Assembly (NCBI GenBank): GCA_030390025.1
Contig: CM059438.1
Coordinates: forward strand, 70,000,001-70,064,000
Source of the DNA: Squalus acanthias
Lineage: Eukaryota
DNA: 64,000 nucleotides
Reading direction: 5' to 3'
The notes beneath the pieces are model-generated. The model ran no database searches. It was not told where the DNA came from and saw only the letters and a list, made by a program, of their open reading frames with translations. Positions 64,000-64,000 of this stretch are shown piece by piece. Positions within the stretch are counted from its first letter, which is position 1, and each line of letters starts with the position of its first letter. Made by a program: the position numbers and the translations under genes.

Positions 64000-64000
64000 A
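63893..64000. repeat. (TA)n/(TG)n microsatellite
   Basis: Visible dinucleotide runs. Confidence 0.9.

Overview
Repeat-dense vertebrate genomic DNA, very likely from a shark or ray (HE1/V-SINE, Deu-domain SINEs, abundant CR1 LINEs). The window lies inside the astrotactin-2 (ASTN2) gene on the + strand. Two phase 1-1 coding exons are present (43264-43410, 147 nt; 52070-52237, 168 nt) and splice in frame; I did not find the neighbouring exons. The rest is intron packed with nested transposons: three CR1 elements that keep their 5' ends (all antisense, two with tandem 5'-UTR monomers), many 5'-truncated CR1/L2 pieces and a Vingi/Ingi-like 3' end. There is also a complete 2.5-kb hAT transposon (8-bp TSD, three coding lesions), two hAT MITEs, two Myb/SANT-bearing Harbinger relics, several Harbinger-type MITE families and about four SINE families. 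The best leads are the near-intact hAT (horizontal-transfer candidate), a 4-copy ANT-TSD MITE with co-varying TGACAG hairpins and promoter motifs, the CR1 5' monomer arrays, and a degenerate hammerhead-like core. I see no evidence for a wholly new biological system. Family names come from motif recognition and recall, not database searches, and many boundaries are approximate.
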